From assembly GCA_038831915.1 (NCBI GenBank), contig JAWBKB010000013.1, positions 1-48,464 of the forward strand: 48,464 bases of DNA, read 5' to 3'. The notes below the pieces were generated by a model that was not told where the DNA came from, did not search any database, and was given only the letters and a program-made list of their open reading frames with translations. Shown piece by piece: positions 48,257 to 48,464 of the stretch. Numbering within the stretch: position 1 is the stretch's first letter; every line of letters starts with the position of its first letter. The DNA is from Candidatus Caldarchaeum sp. (GTDB lineage: Archaea; Thermoproteota; Nitrososphaeria_A; Caldarchaeales; Caldarchaeaceae). A program made the translations under genes and the position numbers.

Positions 48257-48464
48257 TTTGTTTGATTTTCTTTAGGAGTTGTCTGACATCCTTGGCTTTG
48301 ACCTTGTTTTTCCTGTAGTGGCTTATTGCTAGGTTTATTGCTGCTTGGTGGAGTCTGTGGTTGTATTTGCGGTTGTTTGGTTTGTAGAGTCCGGTGTAGC
48401 AGATGATTTTTCTCAGACCAGTCGTGAAGTCTACGTGTAGTAGGAGGTCTGCTAGAGCAACCTT
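48237..48464 (-). CDS. 3' end of an IS110-transposase/Nop-domain-like ORF (partial, runs off the window)
   Basis: Hand translation gives KVALADLLLHVDFTTGLRKIICYTGLYKPNNRKYNHRLHQAAINLAISHYRKNKVKAKDVRQLLKKIKQIAGGPA*. The F-x4-L-x4-YxGL...YN..L pattern resembles the IS110 C-terminal/Nop fold. The coding strand is strongly A/C-rich, unlike host genes. Confidence 0.55.
   Translation of the reverse strand, partial: KVALADLLLHVDFTTGLRKIICYTGLYKPNNRKYNHRLHQAAINLAISHYRKNKVKAKDVRQLLKKIKQIAGGPA

Noticed and set aside
1-48464. CRISPR array, TIGR-type tandem array, rRNA genes, integrase
   Set aside because: No regularly spaced repeats, rRNA-like stretch or tyrosine recombinase ORF was seen by eye; intergenic gaps are all short.

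Overview
A gene-dense archaeal chromosome segment. Gene content (CdvB/ESCRT-III, chorismate mutase-aminotransferase fusion, LysX/ArgX, BHB-type tRNA introns) points to the TACK group, most like Aigarchaeota/Caldiarchaeum; this is inference, not a database match. Positions 1-33.5 kb are mostly housekeeping: lysX, archaemetzincin, Fap7/AK6, ABCE1, Cdc48, ESCRT-III, uppP, Pno1/Dim2, Rio1, SCO, class II RNR, OsmC, SufB, a lone molybdoenzyme large subunit, AlaX, EF-1alpha, uS10, an ABC-2 exporter and tyrosine-pathway genes. This stretch also holds tRNA-Tyr(GTA) with a 51-nt intron, a box C/D guide RNA absent from the ORF track, and two adjacent interrupted genes. An accessory-looking 14-kb block lies between tRNA-Ser(GCT) and tRNA-Arg(GCG, D-arm intron). 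It carries a PotABCD transporter with three amine-processing enzymes and a group 3b [NiFe]-hydrogenase operon containing a cNMP-binding gene, preceded by a Thermococcales-like HypA/ATPase-type HypB pair. The window ends in the 3' end of an IS110/Nop-like ORF, missing from the ORF track, that seems to lack the IS110 Ser-Gly motif. Its stop codon sits inside a 143-nt imperfect hairpin with a box D/box C pair, making it the best candidate here for an undescribed RNA-associated system.
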